A DNA stretch of 64,000 bases, from assembly GCA_964016885.1 (NCBI GenBank), contig OZ024743.1, positions 9,114,001 to 9,178,000 on the forward strand. Reading direction: 5' to 3'. Made by a program: the position numbers and the translations under genes. The notes under the pieces are model-generated. The model was not told the origin of the DNA. It searched no databases and saw nothing but the letters and a program-made list of their open reading frames with translations. Within the stretch, counting starts at the first letter, position 1. The number at the start of each line of letters is the position of its first letter. The stretch comes from Eledone cirrhosa. Its lineage: Eukaryota. Positions 13,811 through 27,229 of this stretch are shown one piece after another.

Positions 13811-14380
13811 TTATAATTGCTACAGATCAATACCATCAGTGGCAGCAGTAACAACAGCAATAGCAACAACAGTAGAAAAAGAAGATAAACAAGTGCACCC
13901 CCCCCCCACACACACACACACAAGGAATGGATGTGTATATATGTATGTATGTATATATGTATATATGTATGTATATATGTACGTACGGATATGCATGTTT
14001 ATAAAGCTGTGTGTAAATATGTCTGTATAGATACATTTCATTATATACCAGTATACTATACTAACATTGTCAAACATATTCACAATCAAATCGACGTGTT
14101 AAAAAAGAGAACAACGTATAATTGAGGTGGTGGCATGCAGCGCTTGATAAACGAGCTTATACAAGGACGCTCAATTCCTCAATTCAAAACCGTTATGAAA
14201 GGCGTTTGATATATTCGGACTCACCAGGCAAGCTTCTATGTTAGAAATTCAACGAATCATAAGTAACAGGCATGGTAGTGGGATTGTATGCCATTATTTT
14301 TGAAAGTAAATATTTTCAACTTTCTGTAATCTTCCTTTAATTCTTAGAAAGTTATTTGTTATATCAAATGATTTACGATC

Positions 14381-15823
14381 ATGTCCCAAACCAAACAAAA
14401 CCCATTTACAGTTTCACTAAAAAACAGAATGGATCCTTTGCCTATAATAAATGAGGGAAATGAACAGCATATGACCACATCAAATAATTTACCATGGATA
14501 CCAAAAGCGAATCCAATTAAACGTATGCAAATTGGTATTGGTGAAAAATTTAATGTCAATAGCATGGAACCTTTCACCGTACCTCCTACTTTTCGATCTG
14601 TCCGAAATAAATTACATACACGAAATACATTGTGTGAATGGTACAATGCTAATCACTCTAATCTTTGCCACATGGATTTACTTCTTGAAAATGAACAGTC
14701 AATACTCACTGAAAATAGAAGATTATGTAGAGATTCTGATGAAAATGGTCACTGGTCCAACTCAGAGAGTACACTTCATTTGAAAAACCGTATTTCTGAA
14801 ATAATATCTTGGAGGAACATAATATTTGCGGAAGCTGATAAAATGCTGAATGAAACAACTGCTTTAAAGAATTACAAGGCTGTGTTCAATGAACTAATAT
14901 CACTGTTAGATGAAACATTAAAAATTGATCAAGAATGCTTGTATTTAAGAGATAAAAGAATCGGAATGGATCTTTTTCATGATCATGTTGAAAAATCCTT
15001 AATTTGCGAAGTTGATATGCTTTTGAACTGGAAAGCAAAACTTAAAACCGAACAGGAAGCGATTGTAAAGAAATTAGATTTAAATCGTTCTGCTCAAAAC
15101 CTCCTCGCACAAGATATCACAAATAAATTTAGAGCAGAAGACCTCGACGAGGCAGCTTATCAGAAACGAGGTTCATATGAAGGTATATCTTATCGTAAAG
15201 ATGTTGGAGTATTTGAAAGTTGCTTCACAAATCAGAAAAGTTGGCACCAAGCTATATTTCAAACGATTAAATGCAGTAAGATTGAAAGAAATGCCTCCAG
15301 ACTTCTTCGTCGACATCTCGACTCTATACTAGACGAGTCCTGTGGTGAACTTTTAAATAAATGGAACACGACAAACCGACATTTCCAAGAGTGTATCAGC
15401 GAGATTCTGGATGCTAAAGAACAATTAGAACTCCGTCTTAATCAAGTCAATGCAAAATTATTTCAGCTTGATGACTGTATGCAGTATATTAAGAAATGTA
15501 TTGAGAATAAAAGAAATCATAAACACACTGCCCTAACTCGACTAGAATTACGTGATTTACGCCCCAGTTTCGAGGCATGTCGAGGATTTGCACAGGAGTC
15601 TTTATTAAAAGAAACAAAAGAAATACAGAAAATAAATGCAGATCTCCAATGTAGGCTATCCAATACTGACAGTATTCATGATAGGATACTATCAACGAAA
15701 GCATTACTGCAGGAAGGGATCGCCGCGAAACATAATGCTCTTCTCGTTAATAGAGAAGCATACTTCACTCTGAGAAAAATGTTCCCACTCTTGCAATTCG
15801 CATCTAAACGATTTATGCTATGA
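14381..15823 (+). CDS. Divergent tektin (TEKT3/TEKT5-like), single uninterrupted ORF, 480 aa
   Basis: Long complex coiled-coil ORF with tektin motifs ECLYLRDKRIGMDLFHDHVEKSLICEVD (cf. ECLxxRExRxGIDLVHDxVE), TRLELRDLRPSFEACRG (cf. TRLxxRxxRPNVELCRD) and C-terminal LRKMFP. Confidence 0.9.
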   Translation: MSQTKQNPFTVSLKNRMDPLPIINEGNEQHMTTSNNLPWIPKANPIKRMQIGIGEKFNVNSMEPFTVPPTFRSVRNKLHTRNTLCEWYNANHSNLCHMDLLLENEQSILTENRRLCRDSDENGHWSNSESTLHLKNRISEIISWRNIIFAEADKMLNETTALKNYKAVFNELISLLDETLKIDQECLYLRDKRIGMDLFHDHVEKSLICEVDMLLNWKAKLKTEQEAIVKKLDLNRSAQNLLAQDITNKFRAEDLDEAAYQKRGSYEGISYRKDVGVFESCFTNQKSWHQAIFQTIKCSKIERNASRLLRRHLDSILDESCGELLNKWNTTNRHFQECISEILDAKEQLELRLNQVNAKLFQLDDCMQYIKKCIENKRNHKHTALTRLELRDLRPSFEACRGFAQESLLKETKEIQKINADLQCRLSNTDSIHDRILSTKALLQEGIAAKHNALLVNREAYFTLRKMFPLLQFASKRFML

Positions 15824-16210
15824 AAGTAAACAAATTACTTATTATAAAACGTGCTCCATACACCTTTTAATTTTACGAGGCCTCCCTTATTAACAATACG
15901 AAGCATACGATAGCCTCTTGAAATGTTTTATTTATTTTATTTATTTGAAAATATTATTCCCCCCCCCCGCCTTATTATTGATACTGCTGGCAATACTAAG
16001 AGAGGCACAATAACTAAAATAACTACTTTTTCATTAATACCTTATTAATGCAACTCAACTAGATGAAAGGGTACTGGGATGAAAGAATATTTATGTCTTG
16101 ATATGTTCCTTCTTAATTAAGGTATGGACATAACTCTGTAATCTGTGGTAATCTATTTTCGCATTCTTTACTGTGAAATAATTCTCAATTTCACATAAAA
16201 AGCCCGACTG

Positions 16211-16267
16211 AAACATATATGATAGCTGCATCGTTTATACTAAACGATGCAGCTATCATATATGTTT
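16211..16267. repeat. Perfect inverted repeat, 27-bp arms, 3-nt loop
   Basis: aaacatatatgatagctgcatcgttta-tac-taaacgatgcagctatcatatatgttt. Confidence 0.95.
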
Positions 16268-16803
16268 GCCTAAAAATACCGACATACTGGATTCAAATGA
16301 ATATGGAAACCGCATTGAAAACTTAGACAATAAACACAGGTTTTCAGTGAAACGAGTAATTGGTATCACGTTTTCGATAACCACTACTTTCTTTTGAAAT
16401 ACATATTTTTCCATCATGTTATATATTAAATAAAAAACAGACTATAGAATGTCTCGATAAATTTTGAAAAGATCTATGTAATCATATCGCATGATTAAAT
16501 TATTTAATATAACTGAATAATAGTTTTCAGTTTTTTCACATATATATTCCATTGATTAATCTTAAGGTAAAAGCATGGATGAAATGACAGGGTTGAAGAT
16601 AAATTAATTTTGGTTCAAGAAAACAGAGTTATAACCATATCTATACTCAAATAATTCAAAGAGTTACTAAATTTCACGAAGTTTCATCCTGACATCATAT
16701 TTGTGTTCTCCATTACATAACTCATTGTCTTTAGTCTTCATAAATGCTTACAGTTAATGCAACATTTTCATGTGAAGGAACTATTGGGATTTTATGAATA
16801 CAA

Positions 16804-16883
<80 letters not shown>

Positions 16884-16927
16884 ATATATGAATATATATA
16901 TTCATATATGTTTCTCTCTCTCTCTCT

Positions 16928-16967
<40 letters not shown>

Positions 16968-17025
16968 GCATGTGACCTTATAACCAATTTCTTCCAGAGA
17001 GAGAGAGAGAATGAATATATATATA

Positions 17026-17069
<44 letters not shown>

Positions 17070-18256
17070 TATAAAGCGTGAAAGTGATATAGAGGAATAA
17101 TTGACCTCAGTACTGGACTGGAACTTTATTTATGGTCTTCGAAGTACGAAAAAATTGACTTTGTCGGGATCCGAACTCAGCGAAGTATATCGGAACGAAT
17201 TCCGCGAATATTCTATCCGACGCTCTAATGACTCTTACATACATACACTTACTCACACACTCGCACACAAACACACACATACATATTTGTTTATAAATAA
17301 TTAATCTTGTATATCGTCATTTATGAAGGCTCCATACATCGATATATATATCAATATATTATATATGCCAACTTATATTTGAAAATGTTTGTGCATATAC
17401 ATTTATAGATTTGAATATCTACGAAAAAGTGTGAGTTTGGCTTCTTGGATATTAAATATTTTCTTTTTTTATGTTATTTGGAATATAGTTTGGTATTGAG
17501 ACAGCTGCAGAAAGTTCTCCCTGTGTTTGTATAAATCATCCTTGTCTTCTTTGCATATTCTTGTTCTATGTTTTCCTCCTTGGCGTTGGGTTCAGTGAAA
17601 AGATGTTAGTCTGTGGTCTCTTGCATGAATCTGAGGTAGATCCCCTTCCCCGACAGGTTCACCACTGTGCTCCTCTACAAGTCGTGTCTATATAAGTTTT
17701 ATTACATCATATAAATTAATGCAAATATCCAGTGAGTTCAACCAATTGCTGCAGATATTCTTCATATATTATATCAGTGACTAGTGTTCACCATCTTCCA
17801 TTTGTTATTGAAATAAATTTATCTGCTTTGCTGTTTGGCTATTGTATTGCTATTACATCATGCCACTAAAGTGTACGCCTAATCTAATTTCATTGGATAT
17901 TGCTTTTTAATATATGCATATTTTATCGTATTTCAGTTTGGTTCTGCCCATATAAAGAATTCTGAAGTTTTTTGATTTCATAATAGGTTTTTTTTACTTC
18001 CCGATGATTGTTCGTGATGATGATGGTGATCGTTATGATATATGACAACAATGACAACAACGATAATGTCCGTGACGATGATGGTTGTGAGAATGATAGT
18101 ATAGAGGATGTGATAAAGAAGGAAAAAGATTGTGTTAGAGGTTTTGAATGAATGATATGAAAATAAAGTCAAAACCCAATTGAAATTTTATATCGTAAGA
18201 GACAGCAGATATAGATTGAGGAAGAAAATAAAGAAAGTGAATAATCACGTACACAT

Positions 18257-18301
<45 letters not shown>

Positions 18302-18816
18302 CACACACAAACGCGCATAAGGCACACTCACACACACACATATATATATATACACATACACAAACACGCATAAGGCACTCACACAACACACACACACATA
18401 AACACACACACACACAGACACACACACAGACACACACAAACAGAGGCACACACAAAATCAATAACTGAAGCTGCCGAATACAACAAGGCAAATGTTTAAA
18501 TAAAAGAAGCCATTATAAAGAGAAGAAACAGTAAAGTACAGTAGTTATAACTAGAAACCAGAATTGCCACTTTTAATACATACAAAAGTGACTGCATTTT
18601 GTTTTAGTTTTGAAACATTGTTTTTCTTCTTTTTAATAACTGTTCGTAAAAAAGCTCTTTGATGATCTTAGGCTTCTATATTGCAATATTGTTTCATAAC
18701 AGTAAGAGAGGAACATTAATTGCAATAAAGTAATAACATAATATAGTGTGATCTTTTGTAAAGATTACAAAGCTTCGTGATGTGCTAATGCTTTACATGC
18801 ATTTATTATTTTGCAG

Positions 18817-18959
18817 GATGAATATTTTAATGCATCGATCGCTAAGAAATGGTTATTTGCATGTTATATCGTTTTGATGGGATGGGTCATTGCATGTTAC
18901 AATTATGCGAAAGAGCGGATCCTTTTATTTCGTACCTTGTATTGGAAGAAGGATAGATA
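18817..18959 (+). other. Candidate internal exon (143 bp)
   Basis: Branch-like gctaat, ttattattttgcAG acceptor, |GTAAGT donor; frame 0 open (DEYFNASIAKKWLFACYIVLMGWVIACYNYAKERILLFRTLYWKKDR). Confidence 0.33.
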
Positions 18960-19129
18960 GTAAGTTAAGATAGATGAACTATCAATACGCATATTAAATG
19001 GATACCAAAATAAGAAAATATATAATAATGTTGATAGAAGGGGAAAAATTAATTTTTGTCATTTAAAGGAATGCATGACAAAGCTAATAGCAATTGCCCT
19101 ATCGGTTACCAAGCTATCAATTTCAGAGC

Positions 19130-19400
19130 AGACTGCTAGTTGTACAATAGACTACCAGTTCTACTATAAACCACTAGTTGTACTATATGTTGTTAATGAT
19201 AGTAACATTAGCTATTTCACTGTAGATAATCACTTGTAATGTACATTTCCAGTTTCAGAGTACCCCGTTAACTACGATGTAGTCTATTTGCAGCATAAGC
19301 TATCGGGTACATTAAGCTTCCCGCTGTATTGCAGAATACTAGTTAGACTATAGGCTACTAATAGCACCAGTGGGTGTTAGGCACACTACAAAATGCCAGT
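19130..19400. repeat. Degenerate ~19-bp minisatellite
   Basis: gactgctagttgtacaata / gactaccagttctactata / aaccactagttgtactata, with more decayed copies downstream. Confidence 0.5.
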
Positions 19401-20160
19401 TAAAAATCTTGAATACTTAAGAATGTTGAACAGAATACGAGTGTCTAGAATGAATTGCGAATAACCTTGTACACTGAATTATATTGGAATTCGCAAATTG
19501 GCAAAATCTTGAAGTTATCACATAATTATAACCGTTTATAATCCTATTCTAACATCTCAAGATTAAATCTGAGTCTTATCTAGGAAATGATTGTTTGTGG
19601 TAAATGCATGCAAGTTTCGGGTGCCTAGAAGTTTATTATTTTGGAAAGAAGAAAATGTTACAAATAGAAAAGGTCATCATAGAAGTATGATTCGTTGATA
19701 TCTCACTTTATTTATATAAATGACTAATCAGTTTCCATCCTATATAAGCCGATCGCCATTTTCAAACATGCCAAACTTTTAGATGGAAAAGCGAAGACGA
19801 TGTCAAGTGAAAACTGTTTAACAAAATTCTATCGTTTGTTAGAGCTGTTGGTAGTATAAGTCAATACTTCTCAGTAGCCTTTAAGTTTTTATCGATAAAT
19901 AAGAAACAAAACATACACAAATATACATAAAGTCCCTTTATGACACGACAATAACATTATTAGGCGATAAGTGATAAAAGTACTTCGGAGAGATGTGTGA
20001 GAAAGTCTTAAGTGTGTGATTTTGACATTATACCAAAGAAAATATCGTCTTTATTGTTCGATCGAATTTTTTAATTCGTTTAAATTATAAGTGGGGTAAA
20101 AAAAAAACTAATCGTTTAATGATTGGTATCAACAGGAGGATAGATCTGAAGAAGGAAGGA

Positions 20161-20245
<85 letters not shown>

Positions 20246-20551
20246 GGAAACAGGGAGTTGACTGCTCACAAATAAATATAGCTGTTAGTCGAAATGAAAG
20301 GAATCCTATACTTTGAGTAAATTTCTCTTACATTCACATCCTGACAACTTTAAATGTACTTATGTCCTTACTAGTTTAAATGTTCCTACAGCCTTACCAG
20401 CTTAAATATATTTATTTGTATATAAACTACCTTTACTCGACTTGAAAGTTTGTTGAGGGAAAATCAAAGTGTAGAATATTTCGTTTCATCTAACTACCTA
20501 ACGATACTATTTGTTAATGTTGGCGAACTTTTATTCACGTGTTAAACATAT

Positions 20552-20660
20552 ATAATTGTTTCTACTTTTGGCACAAGGCCAGCAATTACCCCGTGCATTA
20601 CTGGTACTTTATTTTATCGACCTCGTAAGGATGAAAGGCAAAGTTAACCTCGTCGGGATT
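20552..20660 (-). mobile_element. 5'-truncated SINE
   Basis: Family match; flanked by TSD-like ttaaac(c)atatataat. Confidence 0.85.
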
Positions 20661-21364
20661 AAACCATATATAATGGTGGTAATAAATCTTTTCAATTGTA
20701 AATGAGGAAGATCCAAATGTTACAAACGGAATATCTTTAATATAGATAATTCATAGTTATTATGAGGAGTGTCATTTTAGCCAAGTGACTATGTTAAAAA
20801 TTTAGGGTATTGAGAATACAGAGTTTCGCATAAGTACACGAAGAGAATATTTTTGATGTAAGGTATTAATATATAATCATCTAACGTTGGTGATCAAATG
20901 TACAATTTTCAATATAGACTGGAAAACTGTGCAACCCAGTTCAGTTAACGAATCAGAAGCTAGCATTCTTGATTTGGGAGGAGTCTGATATAAAGATATT
21001 AAAACAAGGGAAATAGTTGTCAGTAGATGAGCATAGTGGACAAAATGTAAAGTTTATGAGGAGATAAGATAGTCAAATGATAGAATAGAAATACTGTTTT
21101 AGAGGAAGATATAGAATAAATAATTCATCTATGTGTATATACAAGCAGTATTAAATGTTTAGAAATGTACAAAGATGCATTAAATAATACATAAACATAT
21201 ATTATTGAGCTTATGCAGTGCATGTAGAAATATGTGTGAGTACAAGTGACAGTAGGTGTTTAATGTACCTTTGCAGGGCTCGCACAAACTAAGGGTTTCA
21301 AACTGTTACAATGAAACATTAGTAATGAAATTGTTTGTTTATTTCTGATTTCTGTCAAAGGTAC

Positions 21365-21454
21365 AGTATTTATAGATGAAATAAAGTACCAGTAATGTAC
21401 TGGGTATTTGCTGGCCTTGTGCCTAAAGTAGAAACAAGTATTTATAGATGAAAT
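21365..21454 (+). mobile_element. SINE 3' fragment with 18-bp target-site duplication
   Basis: agtatttatagatgaaat at 21365-21382 and 21437-21454 around the SINE tail. Confidence 0.85.
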
Positions 21455-21707
21455 GCACATGGTTCGAAGACAAGGAAGACCATAAATCAGAGTAGTACCC
21501 GATGGATATTAGGTTGCAGTATAGGCTTAGATACAAGGTATAGTAGAAAAGAGGAGCCCTCCCATGGAACTGTCCCTTCGATTTCTCTTTCAGTCGCGTT
21601 TTCTCTCTATATATATCCCCCCCCTCTCTCTCTCTCTACACACACACACAGACACACAGACACACACACACGCGCACACACACACACACACACACACACG
21701 CGCGCGC

Positions 21708-21803
<96 letters not shown>

Positions 21804-24074
21804 TTATATATAAACACGCTCATTTGTGTTCGTGCGTATGTTAATTTATATGAGAAAAACATTAACGTCCGTGTGTAAATGACTATGACCATGTGTTTAC
21901 TCGTGAACTCTAGTTGAGATCACTTGCAGAATGAAATGAAAAGGGCATTGGTCAGAGTAAAGACTTTCTGTCATGGAATACTAAAGCTTGTTATGTTTTA
22001 AAATAGTAACATCGATATATACTTAATGTTGCAATGCTGTTAATTAATCAAGTTAATGAAGTGGTTCAGTGGTGACAAGAAAATAAAATGTATTTAAGTA
22101 TATCGTTAAAGATAAACAAAGAAAGATTATTGTGATAGAATGGTGGAATAAAGTCAAGACTAATGCAAAGTATTGGAAATAACTGGTTACCAAGGAAATT
22201 ACAAGATCAGGAAAGGAGATGATTTATAGAAAGGCGAAATAAGAAGAAACCAGCCACAATAACAAATACGACCGCATATAGGAAGAACAAGACATATTAT
22301 ATAGGGACTAATGAAGAAGTTAAAATATACAGATGTTTCAGTACAAATATAGATGTTATGGCAGTGCGGGTAGTGTCAGTTCAAACTTATATCAGAGTAG
22401 CCCCCGATACATATTAGGTTGCATTGTAGATATAAATATAAGTACAAAAGGAGAGCCCTCCATTGTAACTTCCCCTTCGCTTTCTCTTTCAGTATCTTTC
22501 TCTCTAGAGTAGAGTGAACGTCTTCAGTTTAATTTAACGAAGAATACAACAGTAACGAAAGAAAGTGAATAAAAGAAGAAATGAATTTATACGAAAAAAG
22601 TTGTATGGATAGTTCTTTTTCTTAGAAGAACGATTTTATAACGCGTACCTTGTTAGAATCTTGTTCGTTGTAATGTTTCGCATAGTTCCTGAACACATTA
22701 TACCTGTAAATTATTCATGTATTATGCACCTATCGTCGCCTTACAATTTTCTCATTTTTAGTCAATAATATTTTTAGTCGATGACGTCATCAAGAAGATA
22801 ATCTTCTCAAACGAAGTTCGGCTGATCACTTGAATGTTGGAATCTTTAATTGGCGTTACCATATATTTGTAACTTTTACTAGATCGAAACAAAATAGAAT
22901 TTAAGCCAGGATTTCATTTTTTAAATGTTCCAAGTTACTAATTTTCTTCATCAAACAAACACTCTTGTCAGTAGATTGTTCAAAGTTTAACGGAACTTTA
23001 ACCATTTTCGTTACCATAAATTACCAAAGACACTGCTTATGGTTTTCCAATAATTTTGAATATAATCAGGATTTTGAAGTGATTTAATAATATAGTTAAC
23101 CGTCCTATTATTAAGCAGGTGTTTCTAAGATAACTGAACAAATGTAATCACAGGATTATACACTTTGCACCATAAAACGACGGAATTTCAAATAGTTTGG
23201 AATCAATAGCGTTAAGCCTAAGCAATTCTTAAGTCAACTGACAAGAGCATGTTTTTGATTATTTAGGACGACGATAATAACGACAACAACAAGAACCAGT
23301 AACAAACAACTCCATTTGTTTATTAGTGTAAACATATTCATGCAAGTATTTAATCCCAAAGGTTGCCCATTGAAAATGATACTTTCAGTAGTGGCGATAA
23401 TAATGGTGATGACATAGTGAATAAAGGTGTTATCGAGGGATATAATAGTGAGTATAGGGAAAACAAATGTCATTAGATACGATGACTGACAAAAGGCTGA
23501 GCAATATAAATAAACATAACTCAATTCATATATGTGTAAATTAAGATATATACATACATTTTATATAACGTAGATATTTTAATACCCTCTCCACAAAAAT
23601 ACAAAAAATAACAACGAAACGAAACAAAAATGTAACATAAAACAATAAAAGTAATGAAAATTATTGAAATAATTACATTTGAAGATATACTAAATGGAAT
23701 ATTTCGATTATAATTATTTACTTATGCCATACAATTATAAATTAATGTACATATATACTTTTAATACACATACATATATATATATATATTCATACCTACA
23801 TGATGCATTCATTCATACATACATATATACATACGTACATACATACATGCATAAATCCACACATACATACTTACATACATACATACATACATACATACAA
23901 ACATACATACATATAGACATATAGACATAATTATTTATAAGTTGAAATTAAGTTGGTGCTACTATCTTGAAAACAATTTGAAAACCACTGATGAGAGAGT
24001 GAATGGTTGTGAAGATGAGGTCAATACTGTTGCTGATGGCTGTGATGGTGATGATAATGATTATGATAATTATA

Positions 24075-24249
24075 ATAATTGTTTCTACTTTTGGCACAAG
24101 GCCAGCAAATACCCCAGTACATTACTGGTACTTTATTTTATCGACCCCGTAAGGATGAAAGTCAAAGTTAACCTCGGCGGGATTTGAACTCAGAATGGCA
24201 AGGGCCGTAACTCTATGCGTCAAAGCATGGCGTCTGACCCTCTACCGAT
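24075..24249 (-). mobile_element. Near-full-length tRNA-derived SINE
   Basis: High similarity to the copies at 34110 and 52791. Confidence 0.9.
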
Positions 24250-24849
24250 GGTTTTAATTAAGAAATATCAGGATTGGACGCTCAATAACGCTTTTTATGG
24301 ATATTGAGGAGAATTGTATAGATATATCACAAAAGATGGGGAGGAGACCATCACGATGACGACGGCCATCCTGACCACCACCAGCACCACCAGCACCAAT
24401 ACTACCACCACCACTTACTACAACAACAACAACAACAACAAAGTAGACAGAAGTTATATTGATATCATTTCAATGTCTCGGTAATGTATACGTAGTATTA
24501 ATAAAAGAGTAGAGGAGGAGTACAAATGTACGAAGAGGTAGTATCAGTAGAGAGTAGGAGTAGTATTAGTACCAGTGCTGAGAAGGTGGTAGTATCAGTA
24601 TAGTTGTACAGGGGGTAGTGCTAGTATAAATACAAATATAGAGGCTGAGTAGTATTAATAGAGATACAGAGGATGAAATAGTACCAGTATTCAGGTACTG
24701 GGAGTAATATAAATACAAGTGTACAGGGGTAGTTTTAGTACAAACGTACAGAGTATTACCAGTAAAATTGTAGAGAGGAATGTGTAGTATTAGTCCAAAT
24801 ATACAGTGGGTGGTATTAGTACGAATGTATAAAAGGGGCTAGTACTGAT

Positions 24850-25618
24850 TAAGGCTGCACCGATTAATCGGCAGACAATCAGTATCGGCCATATTGGCTA
24901 TTATACCGATTAATCGGTATCGGCTATTTTTTTTAAATAATTCGTTTTGATAATCGGCCATTATTGTTTTGACTGAAGAAAACCAAAGATGTCTGAGAAA
25001 TACAGAAAAGCCATTGGATTCAAACTACATTCCTAGTACACACAATGTTAGCCCACTAGTCTGATTTCTAAGGCTCGAATGCGCCGATCTACACAAAGAA
25101 AAATTACTTGAAACTACTCAAAGTGTAGGTTAATGATGTCAAGGTAGAAATGTGACCCCCCCCCCATCCTAAGGGTGATTTAAAAAAAAAGAAATATATT
25201 ACACAATTATAAAAATTCAGATAAATGCTTAACTCGTAAATTGCAATGAAAAAGCATTAATATTTCCCCGTTATCAGAGCGTAGCCGATTTCTTGCAGGG
25301 TTATATATGCTATCTCATTATGTGCTCTCAAATAGTGTGTCCACAATTGTGATTAATAATGAAATATTTTAATCTATTACCTACAATTAGCTATACTGCA
25401 CCTTTTTATATCGCGGTATATAATTACATTACAGATAATCAGTGACTGATTAATCAGTATTGGCCGTTAAGGCAAAGCCAATTAATCGGTATTGGCCGTT
25501 AAGGCAAAGCCAATTAATCGGTATTGGCCGTTAAGGCAAAGCCAATTAATCGGTATTGGCCGTTAAGGCAAAGCCGATTAATTGGTAATCGGTAAAGTTT
25601 CTTATCGGTGGACCCTTA
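24850..25618. mobile_element. Non-autonomous hAT-type DNA transposon
   Basis: TIRs taaggctgcaccgat / atcggtggaccctta; 8-bp TSD gtactgat / gtactaat; subterminal ccgattaatcgg motifs. Confidence 0.8.
25449..25576. repeat. 32-bp tandem repeat x4 in the hAT subterminal region
   Basis: Unit attaatcggtattggccgttaaggcaaagcca. Confidence 0.92.
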
Positions 25619-25897
25619 GTACTAATACAAATGTATAGGAGGTAGTATCTCCACATAACTGTACAAGACGTGGTATTAATACAAATGCACAGGCTAGAGG
25701 AGTTTGTGTAGTATCAGTACCAGTGTACAGGGAAAGGGTGGTAGCACTATCGCCAAGGAATCATTGGCTGGAGTTTTGCTTTGACGGTGTATCTGTTTAT
25801 GTAAATGATAATGTATTATAATATCTGTGTTGCATATGATAATGCAAAAATGAGGTTATATAGTGTTGTTGTTGTTGTTACTAATATATGAATATTT

Positions 25898-26002
25898 GCC
25901 GAGGTTAACTTTGCCTTTCATCCTTATGGGGTCGATAAAATAAACTACCAGTAATACACTGGAGTAATTGCTGGCCTTGTGCCAAAAGTAGAAACAATTA
26001 TT
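25898..26002 (+). mobile_element. 5'-truncated SINE
   Basis: gccgaggttaactttgcctttcatcc...agtagaaacaatt. Confidence 0.88.
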
Positions 26003-27198
26003 ATATATGTATATATATATATATAGAAACATTTATTATTGTCATATAGAGAATGTTAAAAACAGATCACATCGTTTAGTCGTTGTTCAAGATTTGAACG
26101 TTGGAACTTTTATCATTATTAAACAAAAAAAGAGTTTGTAATTTTATGATAACCAATTGCCTCTAGATAAGCTCTCAACTTTAGTCAATATATTACATAC
26201 ATATTAACAGTTATACGGCTTTAATAAGTTATCTTGTATAGATTGAAAATTCTTGACTATTGGATTGTTGCAATATTATTTTGAAACAAAAAAGGGCTTA
26301 GTTTGTCATCTTTCTATCATTCAGAAAGAGAAAATTGGTGTTAGTAATGTCATAGAGATCAATTTTATAGATTATTGTCCTTCCCTGCGAAAGTCAAATC
26401 AAAAGAAAATCGTTAATAAATATATGATTTTTATGAAAAGTTTTTCAGAATAATTTAAGTGGTTACAAGGTAAAAGTTTATTTTGCCTTCCTTCTGTTCG
26501 AAATATATTACCTACTTATATCTGAATAATGGTAAAAACAGAAAAATTAAACACTGAGAAAATTTATTACTAGTAACTATCTCATTTAAAAAGAACTGTT
26601 GGTTTCTCCTCCTAAAGGATGGTGATCTCTTAGAAACCTCACTTCACAAGCCAAGTAACTACAAATAGAGCAGCCAGCTAGCAGAAACTTGCTTTTAGGA
26701 AGATAGATATAGTATGTTTTATGTGTTAAGGTGCTTAAAGCTGTATGGTTATTGAATAACCATGTAATACACAGATTCGTTTCTGAATAAATATAAATTG
26801 ATAATATTTTAGAAGAAAATAGACGATGTTTCTTTTGTTTAGATACAAATAACATAATTGGAAGCCTGTACCATAACTCTACAGAATGACAGAGTGAGGG
26901 TTAGGTGAATATAAATTTGTAACCGACATAGGGCGTACATTTCTTGAAATTGACGATTCAGATGATGATAGTATCATTCAACATAAATGAAATGATATTT
27001 ATATATTTCCCTACAGTATAATAACTAAATAATTAACAGTGATATTATAAAGTCAGTTAGTTTCTAATTCAAATTAAACTTTCTAGCGAATTTGAGAAAC
27101 GTCGTTGGATAAAGTTAGTAGTTTGTGAGTAAATGAAATGTTAAAGATAACGCCGCCCAATTGACATTAAATATTAATTTATAATAGCATTGGAAACA

Positions 27199-27229
<31 letters not shown>

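Larger units (their letters stand above)
24480..25750. repeat. Degenerate ~28-30 bp minisatellite (gtagtattagtacaaatgtacagggg-like) interrupted by a hAT element
   Basis: Recurrent agtattagtac/gtacaggggg motifs at 24480-24849 resume after 25619. Confidence 0.6.

Noticed and set aside
14359-15704. Antisense and alternative-frame ORFs over the tektin
   Set aside because: Short shadow ORFs of the real CDS.
17430-17900. Possible LINE endonuclease remnant (- strand)
   Set aside because: Too degraded; no motif could be read with confidence.
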